64,000 nucleotides of DNA from Candidatus Fervidifonticultor sextus. Lineage in GTDB: Bacteria; Sysuimicrobiota; Sysuimicrobiia; Sysuimicrobiales; Humicultoraceae. A model generated the notes under the pieces. The model made no database searches, was not told the origin of the DNA, and saw nothing but the letters and a program-made list of their open reading frames with translations. The position numbers and the translations under genes were made by a program. The stretch spans positions 10,620 through 74,619 of the forward strand of contig JAVKHQ010000014.1 of the NCBI GenBank assembly GCA_031459875.1. The letters are read 5' to 3'. Below are positions 51,989-62,231 of the stretch, one piece after another; the stretch's first letter is position 1, and every line of letters begins with the position of its first letter.

Positions 51989-52894
51989 CTACATCCGCAC
52001 GATTCCCCGCGGATCGAGCACGTCCCGGATCCCGTCTCCCAACAGGTTGAACCCCAGCACCAGCGACATGATGGCCAGGCCCGGGAACGTCGAGACCCAC
52101 CATCGGCCGGTGATGAGCTGGTTGCGACCCTCGTTGATCATCGCCCCCCACTCGGGGGTGGGCGGTTGGGCGCCCAGCCCGATGAAACTCAGGCTCGCGG
52201 CCAGCAGGACCGTGAACCCCATGCCCAGGGTGGCGCGGACCACCACCGGTGAGATGACGTTGGGGGCGATGTGCTTGGCCAGGATTCCCGCGTCGGACGC
52301 GCCCAGCGCCTGCGCGGCTTCCACGTAGGTCTCCTCGCGCACCGAGAGCGTCGAGGCGCGCCCGATCCGCGCGTATCCGGCCACCCCCACCACGGCCAGC
52401 GCCAGGATGGCCTTCTCCAGCCCGGGCCCCAGGACCGAGGCCAGGGCCATGGCGAGTACCAGACCCGGGAAAGCGATGATGATGTCCATGACCCGCATGA
52501 TAAGGTCGTCGAGCCGCCCGCCGACGTATCCCGCCAGGATCCCCAGCGGCGCGCCCACGCCCGCCGCCACGCCCACAGCGAACAGGGCGATCAACAGGTC
52601 GTAGCGGGCGCCGTGGAGGATGCGGCTCAGGATGTCGCGGCCGTAGAAGTCCGTACCCAGCCAGTGGCCGCGCGCCGGGGGCAGCATGCGGGCGTCCAGG
52701 TGGACCTCCACCGGATCGTAGGGCGAGATGAGCGGAGCGGCCAGTGCCAGCACGATCCAGACCAGCAGGATGGCCAGCCCCAGCATGGAGAGGCGGTTCC
52801 GGCGGAACCGCCGCACCAGCAGCCGGCCCACGGCTACCCGCTCGGGCTGCCGGGAGGCGCTACTGATAGCGAATTCGCGGATCGAGGACCGCAT
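51989..52894 (-). CDS. Dpp/Opp ABC permease (DppC-like)
   Basis: HWLGTD.YGRD, HIAPN, SFIGLG.QPP.PEWG; start uncertain. Confidence 0.9.
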   Translation of the reverse strand: MRSSIREFAISSASRQPERVAVGRLLVRRFRRNRLSMLGLAILLVWIVLALAAPLISPYDPVEVHLDARMLPPARGHWLGTDFYGRDILSRILHGARYDLLIALFAVGVAAGVGAPLGILAGYVGGRLDDLIMRVMDIIIAFPGLVLAMALASVLGPGLEKAILALAVVGVAGYARIGRASTLSVREETYVEAAQALGASDAGILAKHIAPNVISPVVVRATLGMGFTVLLAASLSFIGLGAQPPTPEWGAMINEGRNQLITGRWWVSTFPGLAIMSLVLGFNLLGDGIRDVLDPRGIVRM

Positions 52895-53885
52895 AGGTCA
52901 GGTCCACCAGGAAGTTGACGGTGACAAAGGCCGTGGCGATCAGCACCGTGGCTCCCAGCACCGGCGCGTAGTCGAGCCACTGGATCGACTCGACGAAGTA
53001 CAGCCCGACCCCCGGCCAGGCGAAGACCGTCTCGATGAGGACGTTACCGCCGAAGAGGCCACCGAACTGGATGCCCAGCACCGTGACCGTGGGGATCAGG
53101 GCGTTGCGCAGCGCGTGCACGTAGAACACACCCCGGGGCGGCAGCCCCTTCGCCCAGGCGGTCCGGACGTAGTCCTGGTTGAGGATTTCTACCATGCTCG
53201 ACCGCAGCAGCCGGACCACCAGACCCACCGAGGCCAGCGACAGCACGAACGCCGGGGGAAGCAGGTGCCAGAGCACGCGGGCCCACAGCGCGAGATCTCC
53301 GGCCAACAGGCTGTCCACGAGATAGAACCCGGTGACATCCGGCGGCGGGACCACGCTGATCCCCAGCCGGCCGGTCGGCGTTGGGAGGATGCCGAGCTGA
53401 TAGTAGCCCACGTAGACCAGGATCAACCCGAACCAGAAACTGGGCATCGAGAGGAAGAGCAGCGACGCCAGCCGGCTGGCGTGGTCGGCGGCGGTATTGG
53501 CCCGTGCGCCCGAGAGGACGCCCAGCGGGATCCCGAGCACCAGCGTGATGAGGAAACTCAACGTCCCCAGTTCGACCGTCGCGGGCAGGTAGCGCGCCAG
53601 ATCGTGAGCCACCGGACGCCCGCTGCGGATAGACCGCCCCATCTCCCCGCGGGCCAGGTTCCTGAGGTAGTGGACGTACTGGATGTAGACCGGCCGGTCC
53701 AGCCCCCACTGCTGGCGCATGGCCCGGAGGATTCGTTCGTCGGTGGCGGCTTCGCCCAGCAGGAGTCGCACCGGGTCGCCGGGGACCAGGTGCATGAGCG
53801 CAAACGTGACCACGGTGATGCCGACCAGGATGAACGGCAGCGACAGCAGCCGCCGCAGGACGAACCGCCACACCGAGACAGACAC
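52860..53885 (-). CDS. Dpp/Opp ABC permease (DppB-like)
   Basis: PGDP, PAT.EL, DYVRTA.AKG, HALRN, DPRIRY. Confidence 0.92.
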   Translation of the reverse strand: MSVSVWRFVLRRLLSLPFILVGITVVTFALMHLVPGDPVRLLLGEAATDERILRAMRQQWGLDRPVYIQYVHYLRNLARGEMGRSIRSGRPVAHDLARYLPATVELGTLSFLITLVLGIPLGVLSGARANTAADHASRLASLLFLSMPSFWFGLILVYVGYYQLGILPTPTGRLGISVVPPPDVTGFYLVDSLLAGDLALWARVLWHLLPPAFVLSLASVGLVVRLLRSSMVEILNQDYVRTAWAKGLPPRGVFYVHALRNALIPTVTVLGIQFGGLFGGNVLIETVFAWPGVGLYFVESIQWLDYAPVLGATVLIATAFVTVNFLVDLTYAVLDPRIRYQ

Positions 53886-53895
53886 GGGAGGTCAG

Positions 53896-53923
53896 GCGGG
53901 GCCGGGGCCGGTCCCGGCCCCGC
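53896..53923 (-). terminator. GC-rich hairpin between substrate-binding gene and permease
   Basis: GCGGGGCCGGG...CCCGGCCCCGC inverted repeat; no U tract. Confidence 0.5.
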
Positions 53924-53938
53924 CGGCGGCGGGCCGCG

Positions 53939-55546
53939 TCAGAGCGCCTTCTGCACCGGGAAGAAGTACCAGTTGCCCGACGGGTACAGCACCCAGCCTT
54001 TCACCCACTTCCGCTGCGCGTAGAAGAGCATCGAGTTGTAGATCCAGGCGCTGGGGGCGTCCTCGATGACCAGCCGCTGGATGGCGTGGATGATCGCTGC
54101 CCGCTTTTTCGAATCCATGGTCACCAGCAACTGGTTGATCAACCGATCGACATCCCGATTGGTGTAAAAGGCGTAGTTGCCCTTGGGGCCGTGGTTCTTG
54201 GAATGGAAGTTGCTCAGGACGTAGTCCTCCACGATGGGCAGGCTCAGGCCGGAGAGCGCAAACAGCGGCATCTTGCCTTCCTGGAAGTTGGTCACGAACG
54301 TCGGCCAGGGGATGCTCCGGATCTCGGCCTCGATCCCCACCTTCTTGAGCTGGGCCTGCACGGCGATGGCCGTCTGTTCGCGCTCGGTATTCCCCGCATT
54401 GTAGTAGATCTCGGTCTTGAACCCGTCGGGGTAGCCGGCCTCGGTGAGCAGGCTCTTGGCGCGTCCCGGGTCGATCCTGTACGGCCAGTATTGATCGGTC
54501 CAGGCCTCCAGCGCCGTCGGGATCGCGCTCTTCGCCACGGTGGCGTAGCCGAACGCCGCCGCCCGGTTGACCGCGTAGGGATCGATGGTGTAGAGAACCG
54601 CCTGGCGGACCTTCTTGTTGTCGAACGGCTTCATCCGGTTGTTCATCCAGACCTGGTGCATGCCGATGCCGTTCTCCCGGTTGATGATGATGTCGGGGTT
54701 GCCGATGAGCTGCTGGGTCATGTCCGGCGGGAGCCGGTAGACGATGTCCAGTTCGCCGCGCAGGAGGAGCAGGAGCTGGGTGGACATGTCCCGGATGATG
54801 CGGAAGACGATGCGACGGAGCTTCGGGGTCCCCTGCCAGTACTCGGGGTTGGCCACGAGTTCGAAGGACTCTCCGGCTTTCCACGGCCCCCACTTGAAGG
54901 GGCCGGTTCCGTCCACGTTCCTGGCCATCCACTCGTTGTGCTTGCCTGCCTGGATGCCGCCCTGCGCTTCGACCGTCCTCGGGTTGACGATGGCGCCGGT
55001 ATTGGTGGCGGCCAGGAGCTGCAGGAAGAACGGGGCAGCCTTCTTGAGCTGGATCCGCACGGTGTAGCGGTCGGGGGCCTGGGTGCTGGTGGTATCCATA
55101 TACTCGGCGACCAGCCGGGAGGGCCCGAGCCCGATGGTGAGCATGCGGTTGATGGAATACCGGACGGCTTCTGCGGTCATCTCGTCGCCAGAGTGGAACT
55201 TCACGCCGCGGCGAAGCCGAAACGTGTATGTCTTGCCATCCGGCGAGACCTCGTAGGACTCCGCCAGGTGTGGTTGCACCTCGGCGGTGCCCACCACCTT
55301 GCCCTTGACCTCTGTGGTCTTGTAGCGGACCAGGGTCTCATAGGTGTTGTCCAGCATCCACATGGAGCCCCAGTCGGTGATCGCATGGGGATCCAGATTA
55401 ACCGGTTCCCAGTATACGCCGTAGAGCAGCGTGTCCGGATTGGGAACTCGAGGCTGGGCACCGGCGAGTCCGGTGCTGACCGCCAGTACCGCGACGACAA
55501 CAAGGACGGCGCTCCACCGATGGCCGGAACGCTTCACACCTGCCAC
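53939..55546 (-). CDS. ABC substrate-binding protein, family 5
   Basis: Signal peptide, LDP, YETLV, LAES, GTGPF, KVRQA. Confidence 0.92.
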   Translation of the reverse strand: MAGVKRSGHRWSAVLVVVAVLAVSTGLAGAQPRVPNPDTLLYGVYWEPVNLDPHAITDWGSMWMLDNTYETLVRYKTTEVKGKVVGTAEVQPHLAESYEVSPDGKTYTFRLRRGVKFHSGDEMTAEAVRYSINRMLTIGLGPSRLVAEYMDTTSTQAPDRYTVRIQLKKAAPFFLQLLAATNTGAIVNPRTVEAQGGIQAGKHNEWMARNVDGTGPFKWGPWKAGESFELVANPEYWQGTPKLRRIVFRIIRDMSTQLLLLLRGELDIVYRLPPDMTQQLIGNPDIIINRENGIGMHQVWMNNRMKPFDNKKVRQAVLYTIDPYAVNRAAAFGYATVAKSAIPTALEAWTDQYWPYRIDPGRAKSLLTEAGYPDGFKTEIYYNAGNTEREQTAIAVQAQLKKVGIEAEIRSIPWPTFVTNFQEGKMPLFALSGLSLPIVEDYVLSNFHSKNHGPKGNYAFYTNRDVDRLINQLLVTMDSKKRAAIIHAIQRLVIEDAPSAWIYNSMLFYAQRKWVKGWVLYPSGNWYFFPVQKAL

Positions 55547-55625
55547 CCCCTCGCGGTTGCGGGTTTGTGGAGTTCCGCCTGCTCTCTTCCGCTCCCCCGG
55601 GGAGGAATCCTCTGCCGGGCCGGAT

Positions 55626-56339
55626 TCACGGTGCCGCCCGTCTGACGCCCAGGTAGCGGACGAGGACTTCCGGCACGGCGGCCACGTCGGCCGGGGTCCC
55701 GTGATAGCGCACGCGTCCCGCCTCCATCAACACCACTCGATCCGCCACCTGCAGCGCGGCGTCGACCTTTTGCTCGACCAGCAGTATGCCGACGCCCCGG
55801 GTCTTCAAGAACTGGATGACCCCGAGCAGCGACCGGACGAGGGCGGGCATCAGCCCCTCGGTGGGCTCGTCCATCAGGAGATACCGTGGCTCGGCGCACA
55901 GCGCCCGTGCGGTGGCCAGCATCTGCTGTTCGCCCCCGCTGAGGGTACCCGCCTGCTGCCGCAACCGGCCCCGCAGGACGGGGAAGAGCTCAAAGATCCA
56001 TTCCGGGATCACGCGCCGGCTCCCCCTGACCAGCAGGCCCATCCTCAGGTTCTCCTCGACGGACAGCGACGGGAAGACCCCCCGCCCCTGGGGTACGTAG
56101 GCCACCCCCAGCGGGGGAATCTCGTGCGGCCGCAGCCCGGTCAGGTCCTGGTCGTCGAGGCGGATGCGGCCCGACGCAGGTTTCACCAGCCCCATGATCG
56201 CCTTGAGCGTCGTAGTCTTGCCCGCGCCGTTGCGGCCCATCAGGCACAGGATCTCCCCCGGTGACAGCGTCAATGACACGTCGTGCACCACGCGGGCCGC
56301 GCCGTACGCGCACGTGACGGCTTCCAGTGCCAGCGTCAT
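55626..56339 (-). CDS. Branched-chain amino acid ABC ATPase (LivF-like)
   Basis: GRNGAGKTT, LSGGEQQMLA, DEP.EGL.P. Confidence 0.92.
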   Translation of the reverse strand: MTLALEAVTCAYGAARVVHDVSLTLSPGEILCLMGRNGAGKTTTLKAIMGLVKPASGRIRLDDQDLTGLRPHEIPPLGVAYVPQGRGVFPSLSVEENLRMGLLVRGSRRVIPEWIFELFPVLRGRLRQQAGTLSGGEQQMLATARALCAEPRYLLMDEPTEGLMPALVRSLLGVIQFLKTRGVGILLVEQKVDAALQVADRVVLMEAGRVRYHGTPADVAAVPEVLVRYLGVRRAAP

Positions 56340-57082
56340 TGGCCCAGATAGACCCGTTGCACGTCCGGGTTGGCCTCGATCTCCCCCGGTGTGCCTTCGG
56401 CGACGATGCTCCCTCTGTCCATCACGGTGATCCGATGCGACAGGCCCAGGACGACCTCCAGGTTGTGCTCGACGAGCAGCACGGTCACCTTATCGGCGAT
56501 CCGACGGATGAGCGCCGTCAGGGCGGCGCTCTCGTCGGGGGCAAGACCCTGGGTCGGTTCATCGAGGACCAGCAACCGAGGCCGCAGCGCGAGGGCCATG
56601 GCCATCTCCAGCAGGCGCTGATGGCCGTGGGGCAGCGCGCCGGCGGGCAGGTCCCAGGCGGCCGGCAGCCCGACTTCCTCCAGGGCGCTGTGGACGTCAC
56701 GGGCCAGCCAGTGGTCGTCGGGCCTGAGGATGTCGAAGGCCGAACGCAGCCACCGGCGCTGCACCGCCAGCGCCACATTGGCATAGACGGAGAGGTTGCC
56801 GTAGATGCTGGTGAGCTGGAAGGTGCAAACGATACCGAGCGCGACCCGGGCGTGTGCCGGGGCCGCGGTGATGTCGCGGCCGCTGAAGAGCACCCTGCCG
56901 GAGGTCGGGCGGATCCGGCCGCTGATCATGCCGACCAGGGTGGTCTTGCCCGCGCCGTTCGGGCCGATGATCGCGCGGATCTCGCCGGGGTCCACCCGAA
57001 GGTCCGCGCCCCGCACCGCCTGCAGGCCTCCGAAGGCCTTGTGCAGCGCCTCGGTCTGCAGCAGCGGGCCTATGGTAGCCAC
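56336..57082 (-). CDS. Branched-chain amino acid ABC ATPase (LivG-like)
   Basis: FGGL.AV, GPNGAGKTT, LDEP, VEH, VYLG. Confidence 0.92.
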   Translation of the reverse strand: MATIGPLLQTEALHKAFGGLQAVRGADLRVDPGEIRAIIGPNGAGKTTLVGMISGRIRPTSGRVLFSGRDITAAPAHARVALGIVCTFQLTSIYGNLSVYANVALAVQRRWLRSAFDILRPDDHWLARDVHSALEEVGLPAAWDLPAGALPHGHQRLLEMAMALALRPRLLVLDEPTQGLAPDESAALTALIRRIADKVTVLLVEHNLEVVLGLSHRITVMDRGSIVAEGTPGEIEANPDVQRVYLGQ

Positions 57083-58032
57083 GGCCACCACCGGGCCCGC
57101 AGCGCGCCGGCGAGGCCAGCCGGGAACTTCATGACGAGCACCACCAGCGCCAGGCCGACCACGAGGAGATAGCTGGATGTCAGGCTGCTCGCCGCGTCCA
57201 CCATGTAGGTCATCAGGCCCGTGCCGATCAGCGGCCCCACCGTGGTGCCCGCGCCGCCCAGCAGCACCCAGAGGAGCGGGTAGATGGAGTAGAGGATGGA
57301 CGCGAACGTGGAGCCCACGTACGAGAACAGGAGGGCGTAGACGGCGCCGGCGGTCCCGGTGATCGCGCCCGAGGCGATCAGGGCCAGGAGCCTGTAGGCA
57401 GAGGTGTTGTAGCCCAGCATCCGTGTCCGCTCCTCGTTCTCCCGGATGGCTACCAGCACCCTCCCCGCGGGAGACCGCACGAGCCAGAGGCTGACCAGCA
57501 GACACGCCGCCAGCGTCGCCAGCGCCACGTTGTACTTGACGCCCGGGTCGGCCAGGGCGAGTTCGAGCCCGCCCAGGCGCAGGGGCTGGAGGTGTCCGGT
57601 CAGGACCAGCCCCTGGTCGCCGCCCGTGATTCGGCTGGAGAGCAGCGTGGACAGGTAGAAGACCTGGGCGAACATCATGGTCACGATTAAAAACGCCACT
57701 CCGGTCGTGCGCAGGGTGAGCAGGCCGACGACGGCGGCCACCAGGATGCTGGCCGCGATGCCGACCAGGAAGGCCTCGGCCGGTCCGAGGTCAAGGTAGT
57801 AGACCGTCAGGCCCGACCCATAGACGCCGGTGGCGAAGAACATGGCGTGGCCCAGGCTCATCAACCCCGCATATCCCAGCAGGAGGTTGTAGCCGACGGC
57901 GTAGGTGGCCAGGACCATGATCCGCGCCGCCATGCCGTGGTGGAACGGCGGGAGGAACGCCTGAAGGATGAGCAGCACGAGCAGGATCACCAGGTGGAGT
58001 GCGAGCGCGCGGCGGCCGTCGCCCCGGGTCAT
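57070..58032 (-). CDS. Branched-chain amino acid ABC permease (LivM-like)
   Basis: NLLLGY.G..SLGH, TGG..G, AIRENE.R...G, GG.GT..GP. Confidence 0.92.
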   Translation of the reverse strand: MTRGDGRRALALHLVILLVLLILQAFLPPFHHGMAARIMVLATYAVGYNLLLGYAGLMSLGHAMFFATGVYGSGLTVYYLDLGPAEAFLVGIAASILVAAVVGLLTLRTTGVAFLIVTMMFAQVFYLSTLLSSRITGGDQGLVLTGHLQPLRLGGLELALADPGVKYNVALATLAACLLVSLWLVRSPAGRVLVAIRENEERTRMLGYNTSAYRLLALIASGAITGTAGAVYALLFSYVGSTFASILYSIYPLLWVLLGGAGTTVGPLIGTGLMTYMVDAASSLTSSYLLVVGLALVVLVMKFPAGLAGALRARWWPWLP

Positions 58033-58889
58033 ACGGGCTGTTCCCCGAACAACCCGCCCCTCCGGAAGACCAGGACGAGCGCCACGAGCCCCGAGGCGAC
58101 GATCCTGGCCAGGGTGGGAGAGAAGAAGACGGACACCACCCCGTCGATGAGTCCCATGAGCAAGGCCGCCACCATGGTCCCCTTCAGGCTGCCCAGCCCG
58201 CCGATGATGACCACCATGAACGAGAGCAGGAGCGCATCCAGTCCCATGAGGTAGTGCGCCTGCTGGACGGGGACGATCAGGACGCCGGCGAAGGCGGCCA
58301 GGACGCCGCCCAGCGCGTAGGTGGCCGCGTAGACCCGGTCAACGGGCACGCCGAACGCCTGCGCCATCTGGGGGTCCTGCTGCGTCGCGCGCATGTAGAG
58401 GCCCAGCGTGGTGCGGTTGACCACCAACCAGGTCGCCCCCAGGAGCAGCACCGCCAGGCCGCCGACCATCAGTTTGTAGCCCGAGTAGCCGAACCATGGG
58501 AATTGAACGGTGAAGGCCACGGGAGCGGCCACCGGCCTTGCCTCGGGGCCGTAGAGGCTGAGGACCGCCTGTTGGATGATGTACAGCAGTCCGATGGTGG
58601 CCACGATGGTGGCCCCGGGCGCATAGCGGAGGGGCCGCAGGACGAACCGGTCGGCCGCCACGGCGACGGCACCGGCGACCGCGGGCGCGGCGACCAGCGC
58701 CAGCAGGAAACTGCCCGTGGCCTGGAAGACCACCCAGGCGCCCACTGCGCCCAGCATGTAGAATTCGCCGTGGGCCACGTTGACGATCCTCATGACGCCG
58801 AAGACCAGGGAGAGGCCCAGGGCCGTGAGGGCGAGGATCAGCCCCGAGGTTGCGCCTTCGAGCAGGGCAAGGAACAGCCGTCCTTCCAG
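58029..58889 (-). CDS. Branched-chain amino acid ABC permease (LivH-like); probable CTG start
   Basis: G...G.ILAL.ALGLSLVFGVMRIVNVAHG, G..MRA, IIGGLGS; first TM lies upstream of the first ATG. Confidence 0.88.
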   Translation of the reverse strand: MEGRLFLALLEGATSGLILALTALGLSLVFGVMRIVNVAHGEFYMLGAVGAWVVFQATGSFLLALVAAPAVAGAVAVAADRFVLRPLRYAPGATIVATIGLLYIIQQAVLSLYGPEARPVAAPVAFTVQFPWFGYSGYKLMVGGLAVLLLGATWLVVNRTTLGLYMRATQQDPQMAQAFGVPVDRVYAATYALGGVLAAFAGVLIVPVQQAHYLMGLDALLLSFMVVIIGGLGSLKGTMVAALLMGLIDGVVSVFFSPTLARIVASGLVALVLVFRRGGLFGEQPV

Positions 58890-58925
58890 AGGGGAACTCC
58901 CTAGAAGATCGGGCCGCGATGCGGT

Positions 58926-60233
58926 CTAGAGGGGCTGCCGGGTGTAGTCCGCCTCAGCAGGGTACATGCCCTCCTCGATCGCGGTCCTGTGGACGACCTT
59001 GAGTTTCCGGCCCACGACCTGGGAGATGAACTGCTGGCCGAACACCTGGTGCAGCCGCCCGACGAAGCGTTTGGGGCCCTGGGGGTGCTCGATCCCTTCC
59101 TTGAAGGTCTCGATCTTCTCCAGAGTTTCGATGAAGCCGGGATAGTCTCTCGGGCTCCTGTACCCGCTCTGCTCCACGACCTCCTTGATGACGAAGAGGG
59201 TTTCCCAGACGCCGAACATGTGGGAGTAGGTCGAGACGTCTCTGGGATCCCGCACGCTGGCGCCGTTGGCGTCCACCCCGACCCGCTGCCGGTACTGGCG
59301 TTCCCAAGGCGTGGCATACTGGCCTGCGTAGCGCGGGAAGGCCTCCCACAGGAACGTTCCCTCCAGGTACTCCAGCCCCGGGCTGGCGATGTCCACACCC
59401 TCCAGCGAGTCGATGAACCCGAAGAGGCGGGGTTTGCGCCGTCCGAAGAACTCGCCCATTTCCTTGACGAACGTCAGCACGCCAGGCCCGACCATGACGT
59501 GGTAGACGACGTCGGTGTCCCGCGGCACCCGCGGGAAGTACCTGGTGAACGAGGTCTCCGTGGGCGGGATGGGCACCAGGGCGGTGATGGTAGCTCCCAG
59601 CCTGGTCGCCGTCGCGCTGAAGAAGTCCCGGTGGTCGTAGCCGAAGGCGTAGTCGGGGAAGATCATGGCGATCTTTCTGCCGAGGTGCTTGACGACCCAG
59701 GGGGCAATCGCGGTCACCTGGGCGCGCACGTCGGTGATCCCCGGCTGGAACGTGTAGCGGTTCAGCTTTCCCGAGGCCACGTGGTAGCCCTCGCTGACCA
59801 CCAGGTAGGGGATCTTGAGTTCGCCGGCGCGGGGCGCCGCGGCGATGACGACGTTGGAGAACAGCGTCCCGAAGATGAAGTCCACCTTGTGCAGTTGCGC
59901 GAGTTTTTCGACGACCTCAACCCCCCGCCGGGGATCGGTGCCGTCGTCTTCGGTCACCAGCGTGACCGGACGGCCGGCGATCCCGCCCGTGGCGTTGATC
60001 AGGGCGGCGGCGGCCCGACCGGTCCGTTCGTACCACTTACCGTAGACGGCACCGATGCCGGTGCGGTGCACCTGAAAGCCGATCCGCAGCGGCGGGCCGG
60101 ACGGGGCGGCGGCGCGGACGACGGGCAGCGGTGCAGCAGGCAGCGAGCCCGCCAGCCGACCCGCGATCCCTGCTCCGACCAGCGCGCCGGCGGTCTTCAA
60201 CACTGCTCTCCTGGTGAGGGTGCCTGTCCGCAT
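58926..60233 (-). CDS. LivK-type substrate-binding protein with Tat signal
   Basis: TRRAVLK twin-arginine motif; IN..GGI.GR.V..V.EDD, DYAFG. Confidence 0.88.
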   Translation of the reverse strand: MRTGTLTRRAVLKTAGALVGAGIAGRLAGSLPAAPLPVVRAAAPSGPPLRIGFQVHRTGIGAVYGKWYERTGRAAAALINATGGIAGRPVTLVTEDDGTDPRRGVEVVEKLAQLHKVDFIFGTLFSNVVIAAAPRAGELKIPYLVVSEGYHVASGKLNRYTFQPGITDVRAQVTAIAPWVVKHLGRKIAMIFPDYAFGYDHRDFFSATATRLGATITALVPIPPTETSFTRYFPRVPRDTDVVYHVMVGPGVLTFVKEMGEFFGRRKPRLFGFIDSLEGVDIASPGLEYLEGTFLWEAFPRYAGQYATPWERQYRQRVGVDANGASVRDPRDVSTYSHMFGVWETLFVIKEVVEQSGYRSPRDYPGFIETLEKIETFKEGIEHPQGPKRFVGRLHQVFGQQFISQVVGRKLKVVHRTAIEEGMYPAEADYTRQPL

Positions 60234-60348
60234 GGACGTCCTCTCGGGCGCAAGGTCTTTGGCGAGCAGGGCCTTCCACGCTCTCACCCAGGAGTCCTGC
60301 GCGGGATGCCAGAAGTGGATACCCCAGTCCGCCGTCTGGAGGATGCGC

Positions 60349-61539
60349 ATGCGCCTGTTCATCAGCAGGGAGGAACACCTCCGCCGCGCCTCCCGGGTGC
60401 GCGAGGGGCTGGGCCGCCGCGGCGTCGATGCGCTGGTGCTGTTCAGCCCGGCGCAGATCTTCTACCTGACGGGGTTCGCCTTCATCGCCACCGAGCGGCC
60501 CATCGCCCTGATCGTCGCCCGTGACGCAGCCGTGCTGTTCGTCCCCCGCCTGGAGGAAGAACACGCGGCCGGCCACGCGGTGGCCGACCGCGTCGTCTCG
60601 TACCCAGAGTACCCGGGAGACCGTCACCCGATGGTCCGCCTGGCCGACCTGATGGGGAGCCTGGGTCTGGCCAGGGCGCGCCTGGGCGCCGACGGGGACG
60701 GGTATCCCGGGCTCATGGGGTACCGCGGGCCCCGCCTGAGCGAGGTCCTCCCCGACGCGTCGGTGCAGATCATGCGCGACCTCGTCGAGGACATGATGAA
60801 GGTCAAGTCGGTCGAGGAGATGGCGCTGATCCGCGAGAGCGTGCGGTGGGGCAACCTGGCCCACACGTTGCTGCAGGAGTACACGAGGCCGGGCGCCAGC
60901 GAGAGCGAGGTCAGCCAGCGGGCCTCCTGGGAAGCCACCGTGGCCATGGTCCGGACGCTGGGGCCCGAGTACCGGCCGCTGTCCTGGACCACTCCGGGTG
61001 CGCACGCCGGCTATCGGGGTCAGGTGGGCGCCCAGTCGGCGATCCCTCATGCCATGACCACCCACGCCCGCATCCGCGCCGGCGACGTCCTCGTGACGGG
61101 GGCAGCGGCGGCGGTGGGCGGCTACACCAGCGAGCTGGAGCGCACGATGGTCGTGGCTCCTGTCAGCGGAGAGCACCGCCGGTGCTTCGACCTGATGCTC
61201 GGCGCGCAGCAGACGGCCCTGGACGCGATCAGGCCGGGCCGACCCTGCAGCGATGTGGACCGGGCCGTGCGGGCCTACTTCGAGCGACACGACCTGATGC
61301 CGTACTGGCGCCACCACGTCGGCCACGCCCTGGGACTAGGCATCCACGAGGCGCCCTTCTTCGATATCGGCGACGATACGATCATGGAGCCGGGCATGGT
61401 CTTCAGCGTGGAGCCGGGCATCTACATCCCGGGGGTTGCCGGCTTCCGCCACTCCGACACGGTGGTGGTGACCGAGGACGGGTACGAGATGCTGACGTAC
61501 TATCCGCGGGATCTGGCGTCGCTGACCATCGAAGGGTAG
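60349..61539 (+). CDS. M24 (pita-bread) family hydrolase, creatinase/prolidase-like
   Basis: Creatinase_N-like YLTGF, KS.EE, GH.LG..IHE, SVEPG.Y. Confidence 0.85.
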   Translation: MRLFISREEHLRRASRVREGLGRRGVDALVLFSPAQIFYLTGFAFIATERPIALIVARDAAVLFVPRLEEEHAAGHAVADRVVSYPEYPGDRHPMVRLADLMGSLGLARARLGADGDGYPGLMGYRGPRLSEVLPDASVQIMRDLVEDMMKVKSVEEMALIRESVRWGNLAHTLLQEYTRPGASESEVSQRASWEATVAMVRTLGPEYRPLSWTTPGAHAGYRGQVGAQSAIPHAMTTHARIRAGDVLVTGAAAAVGGYTSELERTMVVAPVSGEHRRCFDLMLGAQQTALDAIRPGRPCSDVDRAVRAYFERHDLMPYWRHHVGHALGLGIHEAPFFDIGDDTIMEPGMVFSVEPGIYIPGVAGFRHSDTVVVTEDGYEMLTYYPRDLASLTIEG

Positions 61540-61556
61540 GGAATGCAGACCCGGGC

Positions 61557-62178
61557 GTGGCCTGGCTCGTCCGGAACTACGATCTCGTGATTGCCGCGAC
61601 ATGGGAGCACCTGATGCTCACCATCGAGACGGTGATCATCGCCCTGGTCATCTCGCTGGCCGTCGGGATCCTCGCCGCCCGCCACCCGCTCGTGTACCGG
61701 CTCGCGGTCACCACCACCGGAGTGTTCTTCACGATCCCCAGCCTGGCACTCTTTCCCTGCTCGTCCCCGTGGTGGGCCTGGGCAGGGTTCCGGCTTTGAT
61801 CGGTCTGGTGGGGTACTCGCTGCTGGCCCTCATTCGGAACATTGTGACCGGCCTGCGGGGGTCCCGCCGGAGGTGGTGGAGGCCGCCGTCGGGATGGGAT
61901 TCTCTCGACGGCAGATCCTTGTGTGGATTGAACTACCGCTGGCGCTCCCGGTTATCGTGGCAGGCATCAGGGCCGTGTCGGTTACAGTCATCGGCATCGG
62001 GACCGTGGCAGCCTACGTGAACGCGGGAGGGCTGGGGGCGCTGATCCTCTCCGGGATCCAGCAGACCAACACCGCGAAGATCGCCGCCGGAGCCGTCATG
62101 GCCACGGCGATGGCCTGGGGAGCCGACAACGGGCTGGAGCGGGTACGACGCTGGCTGGCCGCGGGGGCCAGAGCCTGA
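61557..62178 (+). pseudogene. Frameshifted osmoprotectant ABC permease (OpuCB/ProW-like)
   Basis: Coding split over three frames: ..TIPSLALF / SLLVPVVGLG..RNIVTGLRG / VPPEVVEAAVGMG..ELPLALP..; breaks near 61752 and 61858. Confidence 0.8.
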
Positions 62179-62231
62179 CGGCGCGGTTCTGACGGACACA
62201 ACCCGAAAGGGTACCTGAGGGGGTGGAGGCG

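Noticed and set aside
62185..62225. Hammerhead ribozyme (CTGACGG...GAAA)
   Set aside because: Core is not CUGANGA and the required three stems are missing.
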